This document shows, in pieces, positions 38,874-48,479 of a stretch of 64,000 nucleotides of DNA. The DNA comes from Candidatus Helarchaeota archaeon. Lineage in GTDB: Archaea; Asgardarchaeota; Lokiarchaeia; Helarchaeales; RDOG01. The notes beneath the pieces are model-generated. The model was given only the letters and a program-made list of their open reading frames with translations, made no database searches and was not told the DNA's origin. A program made the translations under genes and the position numbers. The stretch covers positions 535,536 to 599,535 of the forward strand of contig JAHPZH010000001.1 of assembly GCA_019058315.1 (NCBI GenBank). Reading direction: 5' to 3'. Each line of letters begins with the position of its first letter. The first letter of the stretch is position 1.

Positions 38874-39006
38874 ACCATTCATTAAAAGTTTTATTGTTTC
38901 TCGCTTTTTTTATTATACAGAAATGATATCTAAAATCATTGCAGAATATATTTAAAAATAAAAAGGTCAAATCTGCATTTAGAGATTTTTTTTAATTGAT
39001 GAAGGA

Positions 39007-39501
39007 ATGGTACAAAAAATGCCAAAAGCAAGTAAAAAGGTTAAAGCTAAGAAAAAAATTAAAAAAAGTAAAAAGGTAAAAGTTAAGAAGAAAACTGAAT
39101 TAAAACCTAAGAAAACGAAAGCAAAGCCGATTTTATGTATATGTAAAGATGGTTACACGATTGAGGAACGTTTAGGTGATGTAGAATATTTCTCATACGT
39201 TTTATTTGGGATAGTTAGAAGATTCGGGCTTTCAGAGCCACCAGATCTTGAAGAACTTTTACGAGTATCCAAAATAGTTTTAAATCACATAATGAGCATG
39301 CGCTTTGATGATGCGATAGGGTACCCAGTTTATCCTAATTCAGATTTCAATTCGGCATTAATCCGGATCGCTAGAAAAATGATTGAGATTGCTACTAAAA
39401 AGTTAAATGAAGGACAATCTTATCATGATTTATATGACAAAATTCTTGAAGATTTAGACAAAGAAGAGTGGAGATATGAATGGGATTTAAAAACTCGATA
39501 A
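39007..39501 (+). CDS. Hypothetical protein with Lys-rich N-terminal tail
   Basis: PKASKKVKAKKKIKKSKKVKVKKKTELKPKKTKAKP followed by an acidic helical domain. Confidence 0.65.
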   Translation: MVQKMPKASKKVKAKKKIKKSKKVKVKKKTELKPKKTKAKPILCICKDGYTIEERLGDVEYFSYVLFGIVRRFGLSEPPDLEELLRVSKIVLNHIMSMRFDDAIGYPVYPNSDFNSALIRIARKMIEIATKKLNEGQSYHDLYDKILEDLDKEEWRYEWDLKTR

Positions 39502-39624
39502 GAAACCATCTTATTTAAGATAAAAAAAAATATCATTGAATTTGTTAGATTTTGAGGGACCTAAATCATCCAAAAAAGTCTCTTTTATTTTAATTTCGTC
39601 TTAAATGAAATTTATAAAAAAGAA

Positions 39625-40620
39625 TTAAGGCAATTTGAACCAAATTTTGCCCATTTTAAGTGATGGCATATACTGACCTCTACGTTTCCGCTTCCGTTCG
39701 ATGACTTTTTTTATTCCATCAGCAAAGCGATTGAATTCAACCTCTGCTTTTTCCGGCTCAGTTACAGCCATAGCTGAAATTTTACCTGATAACAAGGCTC
39801 CGGTAATTCCACCCCCGAATGCAGGTTCTACAAATCCGGCCATAGTGCCCGTTAAAATGAAGTCTTTATAAAAAAGACGTGGCCATTTTGGTGTATTACC
39901 TAGAAATCGTCTCCATTTATCAAAGGACCGTCCCTCGATCGAATTTAATTGTTTTTTAAAGGATTCTAGGACTTCTGGGGTAACCCCTCTACGAGCAAAT
40001 AAGAGGACATACCAAATTCCATTCATTGCACAAGTATAACCATACTCATTAGTTAAACCAAAGTAAAATTTATTAGAAATAAAATTCTTCTCGACTTCGG
40101 AGTATGCCCAATACCCAGAAAATACACTGTATTCGATTCCCAACCACTCATAAATTCCAGGAGAAAGACCTGAGGCAATAATTGTGCCCTTAGGTGCAGT
40201 ATTAAATTCCTCTTTAGTAAATGGTTTATTAAACTCAAATTTAACACCTTCCTTATTAGCAATCCTGTAAAGGATACTATCCAATGAAGACTCCCTATGT
40301 CCACGTTCGGTATTACACATACCATGTGAAGCAATCATAGATTTCAAGTCACCAACTTCTTTCCCATTCATGTAAATTTCAAGAACATCGGTGCTATCAA
40401 CAAATGCCTCGCTTAAATCTATTCCTATATAATCAAACAAATCTTCTCCAACTGGAGTAGTATGTACTGATGGATGCCATCCAGGAGGTCCTCCAACACT
40501 GTCCTCTTTTTCACGAACAAGAACATTGAATCCTTCACGATTCAAATTTATTGCTGCAACTAAACCTGATGGACCCGCACCTACAATAATAATATCTTTT
40601 TTGACCATTTTTATCTCCAT
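39625..40620 (-). CDS. FAD-dependent oxidoreductase (geranylgeranyl-reductase-like)
   Basis: IIVGAGPSGLVAA; LTGTMAGFVEPAFGGGITGALLSG (GDAAG.v.P..G.G-like). Confidence 0.75.
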   Translation of the reverse strand: MEIKMVKKDIIIVGAGPSGLVAAINLNREGFNVLVREKEDSVGGPPGWHPSVHTTPVGEDLFDYIGIDLSEAFVDSTDVLEIYMNGKEVGDLKSMIASHGMCNTERGHRESSLDSILYRIANKEGVKFEFNKPFTKEEFNTAPKGTIIASGLSPGIYEWLGIEYSVFSGYWAYSEVEKNFISNKFYFGLTNEYGYTCAMNGIWYVLLFARRGVTPEVLESFKKQLNSIEGRSFDKWRRFLGNTPKWPRLFYKDFILTGTMAGFVEPAFGGGITGALLSGKISAMAVTEPEKAEVEFNRFADGIKKVIERKRKRRGQYMPSLKMGKIWFKLP

Positions 40621-40708
40621 TAAAAAATTGTAATTAATTGATTTGTTTAAAATATTTTAATTTATTGGATAATTTTCGATATTTATACTAACTAATATGA
40701 AAAAATTG

Positions 40709-41641
40709 TTATTTTATCATTCTATCAACAAAAAAACGTAAAAAACGTTGAGAATTGACTTTTAGACAAATCTTTAATGGTGGTTTTTCTTTGGAAATTA
40801 TAAGTTTTCCATACTCTTCATTTTTATTAACCATGACCTCTAAACCCATCATTTCAGTTGTAAATAAAGTCGGATCAATTGAATATGCCATTGCTAATGC
40901 ATCATGAATATAACACCCATCAATATTTCTCAGTTTTTGATTAATTTCTATATAATATGGAAGCATTCGACTTATGAGTATCGAGATTGGAGTATTTGCT
41001 TTCTTAATCTCATAAAGATTAGCAGTTGTTAATCTAAAACTAGTTGTTACATCAAGTGGAACAAGCGTAATCGGTAGATCTGACTCGAGAACAATTTTAG
41101 CTGCTTCAGCATCTGCCCAGATGTTATACTCTGCAACGGAAGTGACATTTCCAGGAATATTGACAGCTCCCCCCATAATAATAAGCTCTAATATGTCATT
41201 TGAAATTTCAGGACTAGATGTTAACATTTTAGCTATGTTTGTTAAAGGTCCTGTAGCTACAATTGTTACTTCATTAGGGTTATTTTTAATCGTATTGATT
41301 ATAAATTCTGATGCTAACTGCGGGATAGGTTGAGTTTTTGGACTTGGTAGGTTAATATTTCCTAAACCATCTTGACCATGGACAAATTCAGCAGTTTCCA
41401 ATTCTTTATAAAGAGGTTTTTCACTCCCTCTTACCACAGGTATATTTTCTATCTTCAGATATTCTAATATACTCAAAGCATTTAATGTGCCTCTATCTAC
41501 ATTAACATTCCCCGCTACTGTTGTTATTCCAATTAATTGGAGTTCTTTTGACTGCAAAGCAAGCATTATTGCTAAAGCATCATCAATCCCCGGATCGCCA
41601 TCAAAAATAATTTTTTTCATAGAGTACCCAATATTTGCCAA
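40709..41641 (-). CDS. Inosine/uridine-preferring nucleoside hydrolase
   Basis: DGDPGIDDALA, VHGQDGLG, TGPLTNIA, AEYNIWADAEAA, IHDALA. Confidence 0.92.
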   Translation of the reverse strand: MANIGYSMKKIIFDGDPGIDDALAIMLALQSKELQLIGITTVAGNVNVDRGTLNALSILEYLKIENIPVVRGSEKPLYKELETAEFVHGQDGLGNINLPSPKTQPIPQLASEFIINTIKNNPNEVTIVATGPLTNIAKMLTSSPEISNDILELIIMGGAVNIPGNVTSVAEYNIWADAEAAKIVLESDLPITLVPLDVTTSFRLTTANLYEIKKANTPISILISRMLPYYIEINQKLRNIDGCYIHDALAMAYSIDPTLFTTEMMGLEVMVNKNEEYGKLIISKEKPPLKICLKVNSQRFLRFFVDRMIK

Positions 41642-42354
41642 AATAAATAATTCATACGAATAATAAATGCACCAAAAAAGATGAGAGTCAATAAAATATT
41701 CAATATAATTTCTGTATTATCTCCTATCCAAGGATCACGCATCCTATCAGAGTTGTATATAAAGGGATCCCAAAGAAAAATTTTGCGTGGAGGCACCCAT
41801 TCATAAATAAGAACTGCAAGAAATACCCCATTAATAATTAAAGATAAAATTGCAACAATTCTTGTTGAAACTGGTGAATAATTCAAAAACATAAATTTTT
41901 CAAAGTCAAAATACGGATATCTAGGAAATATATCTGTTAATAAAATATCAAGATGATAACTAAATTCACTAGCAGGCCAGAAATAAAGATGATGTATTGC
42001 TCCATATTCATTTGCGGTTGTATTAATATCTAATAACAAATGTATAAAAATACCAAACAAACCGAGAAGAATAAATCGCATTAACTTCATATTTTCAGTT
42101 TTTGGATCCCTCCATTTCATAATCCCAAAAGAAATGATAGCTAGAATTGTGCTCATTATAAACCCCATTAAAAACATGTGGGTTACTCCCCCATGAAAGG
42201 ATGCTGGATATTGGAAGCCGCTTATAAAAAAATAGAAAATAGCATCGAAATCTGGAAGAATCGCTGCTAAAATCAACACAATCTTCTCTGAACGGTCCAA
42301 TTTCAAGAGCCTTCCTGAAAAATACCCGCTTAAGTAATGAATATGAAACCACAA
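41617..42354 (-). CDS. YdjM-like membrane metal-dependent hydrolase
   Basis: H near the N-terminus, LPDFD, HGGVTH, IHLLLD, FWP. Confidence 0.75.
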   Translation of the reverse strand: MWFHIHYLSGYFSGRLLKLDRSEKIVLILAAILPDFDAIFYFFISGFQYPASFHGGVTHMFLMGFIMSTILAIISFGIMKWRDPKTENMKLMRFILLGLFGIFIHLLLDINTTANEYGAIHHLYFWPASEFSYHLDILLTDIFPRYPYFDFEKFMFLNYSPVSTRIVAILSLIINGVFLAVLIYEWVPPRKIFLWDPFIYNSDRMRDPWIGDNTEIILNILLTLIFFGAFIIRMNYLFWQILGTL

Positions 42355-42363
42355 TTTTAGTCC

Positions 42364-42396
42364 GTTCTTATTTTGTTCTTATTCTGTTCTTATTTA
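42364..42396. repeat. Three 11-bp direct repeats GTTCTTATT(TT/CT/TA) in a divergent promoter region
   Basis: Copies at 42364, 42375 and 42386. Confidence 0.65.
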
Positions 42397-42440
42397 CAAA
42401 AAATACTTTTAAACTTTAAATATTTCTTATTTTTGAGTTA

Positions 42441-43073
42441 TTGACTAGAATAGTTGAAAATAAAATGCATATGAACGTTCATACAGCTATAGGTATATTA
42501 ATTACAATGATATTTTCAGATTATTTATCTGATTTTGAGATATTATTTGTTATAGTAGTTATGGTAATAATTGATTTCGACTTTCTATTTTCAAAATTTG
42601 CTAAAAATCATAACCATCGTAGATTACCCACACATACATTTTTTCTCTATGGGATTTTCATTATCATAGGGATAATATTCTTTATTTTTAGAATTTCATT
42701 ATTTAATTCCACTGATATATGGCGATATATTATTTTAATTGGAATTTGCGGACTTATTCATGTAGGAACAGATTCAATTGATTGGGGAATTTTATTATTT
42801 TATCCTTTTAGCCAAAATTTAATAGGAGGCATTTTGAAAATTCCTGATATAAAAAATGATGAAAATAATGAACTGGGACGTTGCTATTTTATAAATAAAT
42901 ACTATAATTCAAATATTATCAAAGTATTAGAAATAAGTTTTGGAATTTCAGCAATCTTATCAATATTATTAATTAATATTGATTATTTTTATGTTCTATT
43001 AATTTATTTTGGGACTTTGGCTTTACATCTCATTCAATTTTTCAGATGTAGCAAACAAAAAGATAATTATTGA
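42441..43073 (+). CDS. YdjM-like membrane metal-dependent hydrolase
   Basis: NVHT, IDFD, NHRRLPTH, IHVGTD, GILLFYPF. Confidence 0.72.
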   Translation: MTRIVENKMHMNVHTAIGILITMIFSDYLSDFEILFVIVVMVIIDFDFLFSKFAKNHNHRRLPTHTFFLYGIFIIIGIIFFIFRISLFNSTDIWRYIILIGICGLIHVGTDSIDWGILLFYPFSQNLIGGILKIPDIKNDENNELGRCYFINKYYNSNIIKVLEISFGISAILSILLINIDYFYVLLIYFGTLALHLIQFFRCSKQKDNY

Positions 43074-43200
43074 TAGATTAATATAATAATTTAATTAAAA
43101 TTATTTAGTCAATATGAACTCCTTTCCTTAACACCAAAATATATTTTCGAACCAAAACTTTGAAAATAAAAAAATTCATTCATTAAAATGTGTTCTTGAA

Positions 43201-43941
43201 ATGGTTGTCACAAAGAGAAAAATAGCAGTTGCCCTTTTTGTTATTGCATTCTGGTCAACTATTTGTTATATGGCTTTCGACTATCAAACTGATGAATGGA
43301 ATAGAACTTTTGTGTGGCCTGATGGCTGGCTTCATAAAGTAAGGTCGATTAGTTTTAAAGGAAATAATTTTTATGATGATCATGGCTTAGATCTTAATTA
43401 TTTATCTACTCTAGCAGGATATCCTGACGAAGGGGAAGAAGATGGGTTTTTTCCTGGTTTAGATAGTCCATGGAGTGCTTGGACTGACTGGACTTCATAT
43501 AGCTATCAGATTGGTAAAGATGAGGAAATTTTAGAAGGATATGAAATAATGACATGGTACTCAGCTTTTATGGTCTTTGTCCCACCCGGCTTTGATGGAG
43601 ATTATGATGTTAATGTTGGTTCAGATGACTCTATAAAAATCTGGAAAGATGGTAAAATAATACATAATAAAAGTTTGGTAGATGAAAGGCGAATCGTTCC
43701 TGATACGGATGTAATTAAAAATGTTAATTTTCATGAGGGCCATAATGTCTTTATTGTTGGATTATATCAAAAATCAGATATAACTGGTTTTTGTTTCCGA
43801 ATAAAAGATCATAATACAGTCATGCCTTGGCTTGGATTTTATTATTGGATTAGTCTTCCACCTCCAAATTACGGATATGAAATAACCCTCATAGCGATAT
43901 GTTTAGTTGCTGCTTTTATATGGGTATATTTCGTTTATTGA
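43201..43941 (+). CDS. Membrane-anchored protein with extracellular PA14-like beta-sandwich
   Basis: N- and C-terminal TM helices; GSDDSIKIWKDGKII...GHNVFIV resembles PA14. Confidence 0.55.
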   Translation: MVVTKRKIAVALFVIAFWSTICYMAFDYQTDEWNRTFVWPDGWLHKVRSISFKGNNFYDDHGLDLNYLSTLAGYPDEGEEDGFFPGLDSPWSAWTDWTSYSYQIGKDEEILEGYEIMTWYSAFMVFVPPGFDGDYDVNVGSDDSIKIWKDGKIIHNKSLVDERRIVPDTDVIKNVNFHEGHNVFIVGLYQKSDITGFCFRIKDHNTVMPWLGFYYWISLPPPNYGYEITLIAICLVAAFIWVYFVY

Positions 43942-44033
43942 TTTCTTTATTTCTTTTAAATTTCATAATTAAATTAGAGAAAATATTCTAATACCTTTGG
44001 TTCTTAGAAAATTAATTAAATATAGTTAGAATT

Positions 44034-45053
44034 TTGAAAAAATTGCAGGAATTCAGCTTTTTATTTTGGGTAGGTATATTTTTTGTCGGTTATTTATTAA
44101 TTTTCTTTTTTGCAGATGTTTTTATAGATAATTTGAAAATATTATGTATTATTTATGGAGTATCTCCTTTTATAATAGGATCAATGATTTTAGGGATAGA
44201 TCCAGAAGAATCTATCGCATCTATTATAGCTTCATTAGATGGACTGCCCTATATCGCAGTGGGTAATGTTATTGGAAATTCTATTATAGCATTAACTTTA
44301 TGTTTTTCTTTGCCAGCCCTATTCTATAAAATTAAATTTAAAAAAGTTTCAAAATTTTATTTTTTAATAATTTTTTCGTGTCTATTATTTATTCTACTTG
44401 GTTTTTTAATTACTTCTGGATTATTTCTCTTTGGAACAGCTTGTCTTATTGTTTATCTAATTTATCTTATTAGAAATATTAGATATATATCTAAAGAAAA
44501 GGAAATCGATCTTTCTGTTGACTATGAGTTATTTGAAGGAGAAGTAGAAGAGGAGGTAAAAGAAAGATCAATAAAATTCAAGTTAAAAAAGATCTTTTTA
44601 ATCGTTATTAGTTTATTATTTATTTTCATTGGTGGAGAAGTGCTAATTTATGCAACAACTGAAATTATTAAAATAACCAACATTTCTGAATCAATTTTTG
44701 GATTTATTGTAATTGCATTTACAACTAATGTCGAAGAGTTGACTTTGGTTATTAAATCGATAAAAAAACATAGTATTGAAATCGGTTTAGGAGGAATGAT
44801 AGGTAAAATTATTTGGAATTTTACGATTACCTTTGGAATTAGTGGTATAATAACCTTAAATATTATATTTGACTGGAATCTGATATGGAATTGGATTATT
44901 TTGTTTTTAACCATATCATATTTTTATATTATATCTTGGAAACGATCCTTAACAAGAATTGATGGTGCTATTTTATTAATTATTTTTATAATTTTCCTAA
45001 TATTTAATATATTACTGCCAATTAATGTAGGGTTACTCCATGGGATTTTTTAG
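44034..45053 (+). CDS. Sodium:calcium (CaCA) antiporter
   Basis: Alpha repeats GIDPEES...GNVIGNS and AFTTNVEEL...GGMIG; ~10 TM. Confidence 0.85.
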   Translation: MKKLQEFSFLFWVGIFFVGYLLIFFFADVFIDNLKILCIIYGVSPFIIGSMILGIDPEESIASIIASLDGLPYIAVGNVIGNSIIALTLCFSLPALFYKIKFKKVSKFYFLIIFSCLLFILLGFLITSGLFLFGTACLIVYLIYLIRNIRYISKEKEIDLSVDYELFEGEVEEEVKERSIKFKLKKIFLIVISLLFIFIGGEVLIYATTEIIKITNISESIFGFIVIAFTTNVEELTLVIKSIKKHSIEIGLGGMIGKIIWNFTITFGISGIITLNIIFDWNLIWNWIILFLTISYFYIISWKRSLTRIDGAILLIIFIIFLIFNILLPINVGLLHGIF

Positions 45054-45142
45054 TTAATAACGATTGATGATAAATTTAAAATATTTAATTAATGATTTCT
45101 ATTCAAAAAAATACTTAATAGATTAAAAATTTTAATCTGAAA

Positions 45143-46312
45143 ATGGGTGATTTAATGGTTAAGAAAGTTATAGCGCTTGGTGGCGATGGTATTGGACCAC
45201 TTGTTGTCAATGCAACTGTCTGGTTATTGAAAGAAATGAAAATTCCAAATTTAGAAATCCAATCTATGCCCGTAGGTGAATCTGCTATCGAAACCCATGG
45301 AGATGCGTTTCCTCCAGAGACTAAAGAAGCTGTTCAAAATTGTGACGCTATTTTATTTGGAGCTACGGAAGAAAAAGCCTTACAAGTAATTGCTTTTTTG
45401 AGATGGGGTCTGGGTAATTATGCGAATATTAGACCCATCAAATATTATCCTGGTATTGAAGTTGTTTCCCCTATGAAAAAGGAACTGATAGAAAATATAG
45501 ATTATGTATTTGTACGTGAAGGAACAGAAGGAATGTATGCTGCCGCAGGAAGAGAAGGAAGAGTCAAAAAATTAGCAAAAAAAGGAGTTGTCAACCCTAC
45601 AGAAATAGAAAGATGGGGTGAAAAAGCTGTCTATGCTCTGCGTATATGTTCTCCTAAAGGGACTGAAAGAATTGCACGATTCGGTTTGGAGTTGTGCAAG
45701 AAAAGAAAGGAAGAAGGTGTTGGTAAGGGATTACTTGAAGTTATAACTAAAAGAAATGTATTACGTGTTCAAGATAAACTTTGGTTGGATACTATAACAA
45801 AGATTGCTAAAGCAGAATATCCCGAAATTAAAATCGAAGAATATTTTGTGGATGATTTTGCTAGACGTTTGTTACGTTATCCTGATTACCATGACACTAT
45901 AATTGCCGAAAATATGATTGGTGATATTCTAACTGATATGTGTGCAGAGCTTGTTGGTGGCTTAGGACTTGCTGGATCTGGAATATATGGTGAGAAGATA
46001 CCCTATTTTGAACCTACACATGGAAGTGCACCTGCAGTACTTGCTAGAAAAAACTATGCTGGAGAACCTGTAGCAAACCCAATGGCAACAATTTTTTCTG
46101 CAATAATGATGTTAGATTATTTAAAATTTGAGAAAGAAGCAAAAAAATTGGAAAAGGCAGTTGCAGCATTAATTGCAGATGCAAAAAATTATGATGAAAA
46201 TTGGAAAGACTTACCTAGAGATATTGTTCCTGAGAAATTACGGAAAGAAGGTAAATTTGCCTCAACACAACATACAGCAGAAGCAATCTATGAAAAATAT
46301 AAGTCAATTTAG
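45143..46312 (+). CDS. Isocitrate/isopropylmalate dehydrogenase family beta-decarboxylating dehydrogenase
   Basis: GDGIGP, YANIRP, VREGTEGMY, NMIGDILTD, FEPTHGSAP, ANPMATI. Alternative start at 45155. Confidence 0.9.
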   Translation: MGDLMVKKVIALGGDGIGPLVVNATVWLLKEMKIPNLEIQSMPVGESAIETHGDAFPPETKEAVQNCDAILFGATEEKALQVIAFLRWGLGNYANIRPIKYYPGIEVVSPMKKELIENIDYVFVREGTEGMYAAAGREGRVKKLAKKGVVNPTEIERWGEKAVYALRICSPKGTERIARFGLELCKKRKEEGVGKGLLEVITKRNVLRVQDKLWLDTITKIAKAEYPEIKIEEYFVDDFARRLLRYPDYHDTIIAENMIGDILTDMCAELVGGLGLAGSGIYGEKIPYFEPTHGSAPAVLARKNYAGEPVANPMATIFSAIMMLDYLKFEKEAKKLEKAVAALIADAKNYDENWKDLPRDIVPEKLRKEGKFASTQHTAEAIYEKYKSI

Positions 46313-46371
46313 AATTTTTTTTTATTTTTTATTTTATTATATACAAATCATTTTAAAAGAAGTGTGAATAT

Positions 46372-46647
46372 ATGGCAGAAGAAGAAGAACCGCCCATTCA
46401 ATATTATGAAATTATAAAACATAAAACTATTTCTAAACGAGGTCGCTGGTGGACTCTTCTAACCTTATTGAAAGATACAGAAAAAGATCAAACTTTTTTG
46501 TCAATTTATAAATTTCAGAAGAGAACAAATAAAAGTACAGATGAGAAATATTGGGCAAAACATTCTAGTTTTAGAATAAATAATATAAAACATGCTCAAA
46601 CTCTTGTTGAATCACTCAAAGATTTAATGGATACATGGGAAGAATAA
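46372..46647 (+). CDS. Small protein, possible PC4/whirly-like ssDNA-binding fold
   Basis: WW..L.....FLSIYKFQK...YW....F.I then a C-terminal helix. Confidence 0.5.
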   Translation: MAEEEEPPIQYYEIIKHKTISKRGRWWTLLTLLKDTEKDQTFLSIYKFQKRTNKSTDEKYWAKHSSFRINNIKHAQTLVESLKDLMDTWEE

Positions 46648-46776
46648 GATACTCTTGGATATCCACCAAATAAGTTAAAAAATCATGAATTTCTATAAAA
46701 ATCAAAAAATATACTTTATAACCCGATTAGAAGAAATTATATCGACAAAAAATAGTCAGATTAGGCGGGTTTATTA

Positions 46777-46802
46777 AAAAGCGCCTCTATTTAGGCGCTT
46801 TT
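46777..46802. terminator. Perfect 10-bp stem hairpin AAAAGCGCCT-ctattt-AGGCGCTTTT
   Basis: GC-rich inverted repeat in AT-rich intergenic DNA; terminator or operator. Confidence 0.45.
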
Positions 46803-46860
46803 CAAAGATTTTTAAATGTAAAATTCTTCTATTATTTTAAGACATGTTACGGAAGAAAAA

Positions 46861-47310
46861 ATGATGACGTGTCCAATTTGCGGTGTTCCTACACCTGGAG
46901 AATCTTATTGTTCTGTAGAATGTATGAAAATTGCTAAGGAAAAAGAAGCAAAGGGTGTAGAAAGTGAAGATGCAGAGGAAAAAGAATTAGATCGAAAGTA
47001 TGAATTACTCCCAATTCTCACCGAGAAATGGACTATTTGCCCATTTCATAAAGTAAAACTAAGACTTGGTAAAGAGAAATTAATAAAGGAAGACGAGGAT
47101 GACGAGGATACCTATTATTATGAGCGTACTAAGTATTGTCCGAAATGTTATCGGGTTTTTTGTTATCTTTTCAAGGAATATGGAATAGAGGATGCAGAAT
47201 GGGAACTTGAGGCACCATATTTCGAAGAAACAGTTGATTTACTTGCTGAACTTGACCCCATAATAAAAGAATATGACCGTAAAAAGAAAGATATTTATAG
47301 TTTCGACTAA
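46861..47310 (+). CDS. Acidic zinc-finger protein
   Basis: CPICG...YCSVEC; CPFH...YCPKC. Confidence 0.7.
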   Translation: MMTCPICGVPTPGESYCSVECMKIAKEKEAKGVESEDAEEKELDRKYELLPILTEKWTICPFHKVKLRLGKEKLIKEDEDDEDTYYYERTKYCPKCYRVFCYLFKEYGIEDAEWELEAPYFEETVDLLAELDPIIKEYDRKKKDIYSFD

Positions 47311-47340
47311 TTTTAACCATTTTTATTTAATAATTTTGTT

Positions 47341-47889
47341 TCAATCTATGAAATAATCCATAATAATTTCATCATAATAAATTCCATCTATTAAAAATTG
47401 TTTTTTCCTAGTTCCAACTATTTTAAATCCCATTTTTTTATACAATTCTATCGCATTTGTATTTGTGTGGAATACTGACAAATTAACTTTTTCAAAACCC
47501 TTCAATTTTGCTTCTCTTAATGCATTTTTCATTAATAGACCACCAATGCTTGGTTTCGCATTCCTATAGGTCTTATTTAGCAAAATACCTAATTCCCCCG
47601 CTTGTTCGCTACATTCCCAATTATTATGTTCAATAGTGCAATGTCCTACTACCTTTTCATCAATAGTAGCTACAAGTACTATGTTATTCTCATTTTGATG
47701 GTTATAGAACCACGATTCTTGTTCATATTTATTTGTAATTTCAGAAATGACTGGAATAAATCTTTTTTCACAAACCACAGAATTAAAATTTTCCCAAATC
47801 ATAGACAAATCAGACTTTATTGCATGTCTAATTATAATTTTAACTAGAGGTCCATTAGATAATGTAACTTCAACAGATTCTAAAATCAA
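47341..47889 (-). CDS. GNAT N-acetyltransferase
   Basis: ELGILLNKTYR, LSVFHTNTNAIELYKKMGF, YYDEIIM. Confidence 0.88.
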   Translation of the reverse strand: MILESVEVTLSNGPLVKIIIRHAIKSDLSMIWENFNSVVCEKRFIPVISEITNKYEQESWFYNHQNENNIVLVATIDEKVVGHCTIEHNNWECSEQAGELGILLNKTYRNAKPSIGGLLMKNALREAKLKGFEKVNLSVFHTNTNAIELYKKMGFKIVGTRKKQFLIDGIYYDEIIMDYFID

Positions 47890-47916
47890 TTAAAGATACC
47901 GCCCCTAAAATCTCAA

Positions 47917-48264
47917 TTAATATCCATGATTCAACAGATAAATTAAAGGTATATCTTCAAACTTTCCATCAGGAAGTTTTCTACGTATTGTTATAGGTAA
48001 TAATCTATTTTCAAGTTCCATTTCAGCAATTTGGATTGGATCTTTAATGTCTGGAATTTCATCTAACAGAATTGGAGCTGACATAGAGATTTGTAAAGCT
48101 CTAGCTCCAATAATTCTTGCCCTCTCGTATTTAGTTAAGTGAGAAGGTCCAATTTCTATCTTAAATTTCTTCCTTTTCTCTTCTAATGGTATAGATGGTT
48201 CTTCTATTAGCTCCTCTTCGCTCTTGATCTCTTTTTTGGTCTTTTTTTTCGATTTTTTAACCAT
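47917..48264 (-). CDS. rpoK: DNA-directed RNA polymerase subunit Rpo6 (K)
   Basis: [22 protein letters not shown]...IAEMEL...[12 protein letters not shown]. Confidence 0.95.
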   Translation of the reverse strand: MVKKSKKKTKKEIKSEEELIEEPSIPLEEKRKKFKIEIGPSHLTKYERARIIGARALQISMSAPILLDEIPDIKDPIQIAEMELENRLLPITIRRKLPDGKFEDIPLIYLLNHGY

Positions 48265-48479
48265 AATTAATAGCGCCCGACCAAAATTTAAACCTAATAT
48301 GATATCTTCTTATTTTTAACTTAAAATACCCAAAATCAGTTAGACGTTTCAAAAATAGGTTTTTTATCATTTTCACTAATTTATACTTATAAATTTTTTC
48401 TTTTTAAGAAATAATTTATTTTTAGAGTAAAAAGAAAGAAAAAAATCTTGAAATGAAAGTGACAGATAAAATAGAGTTC

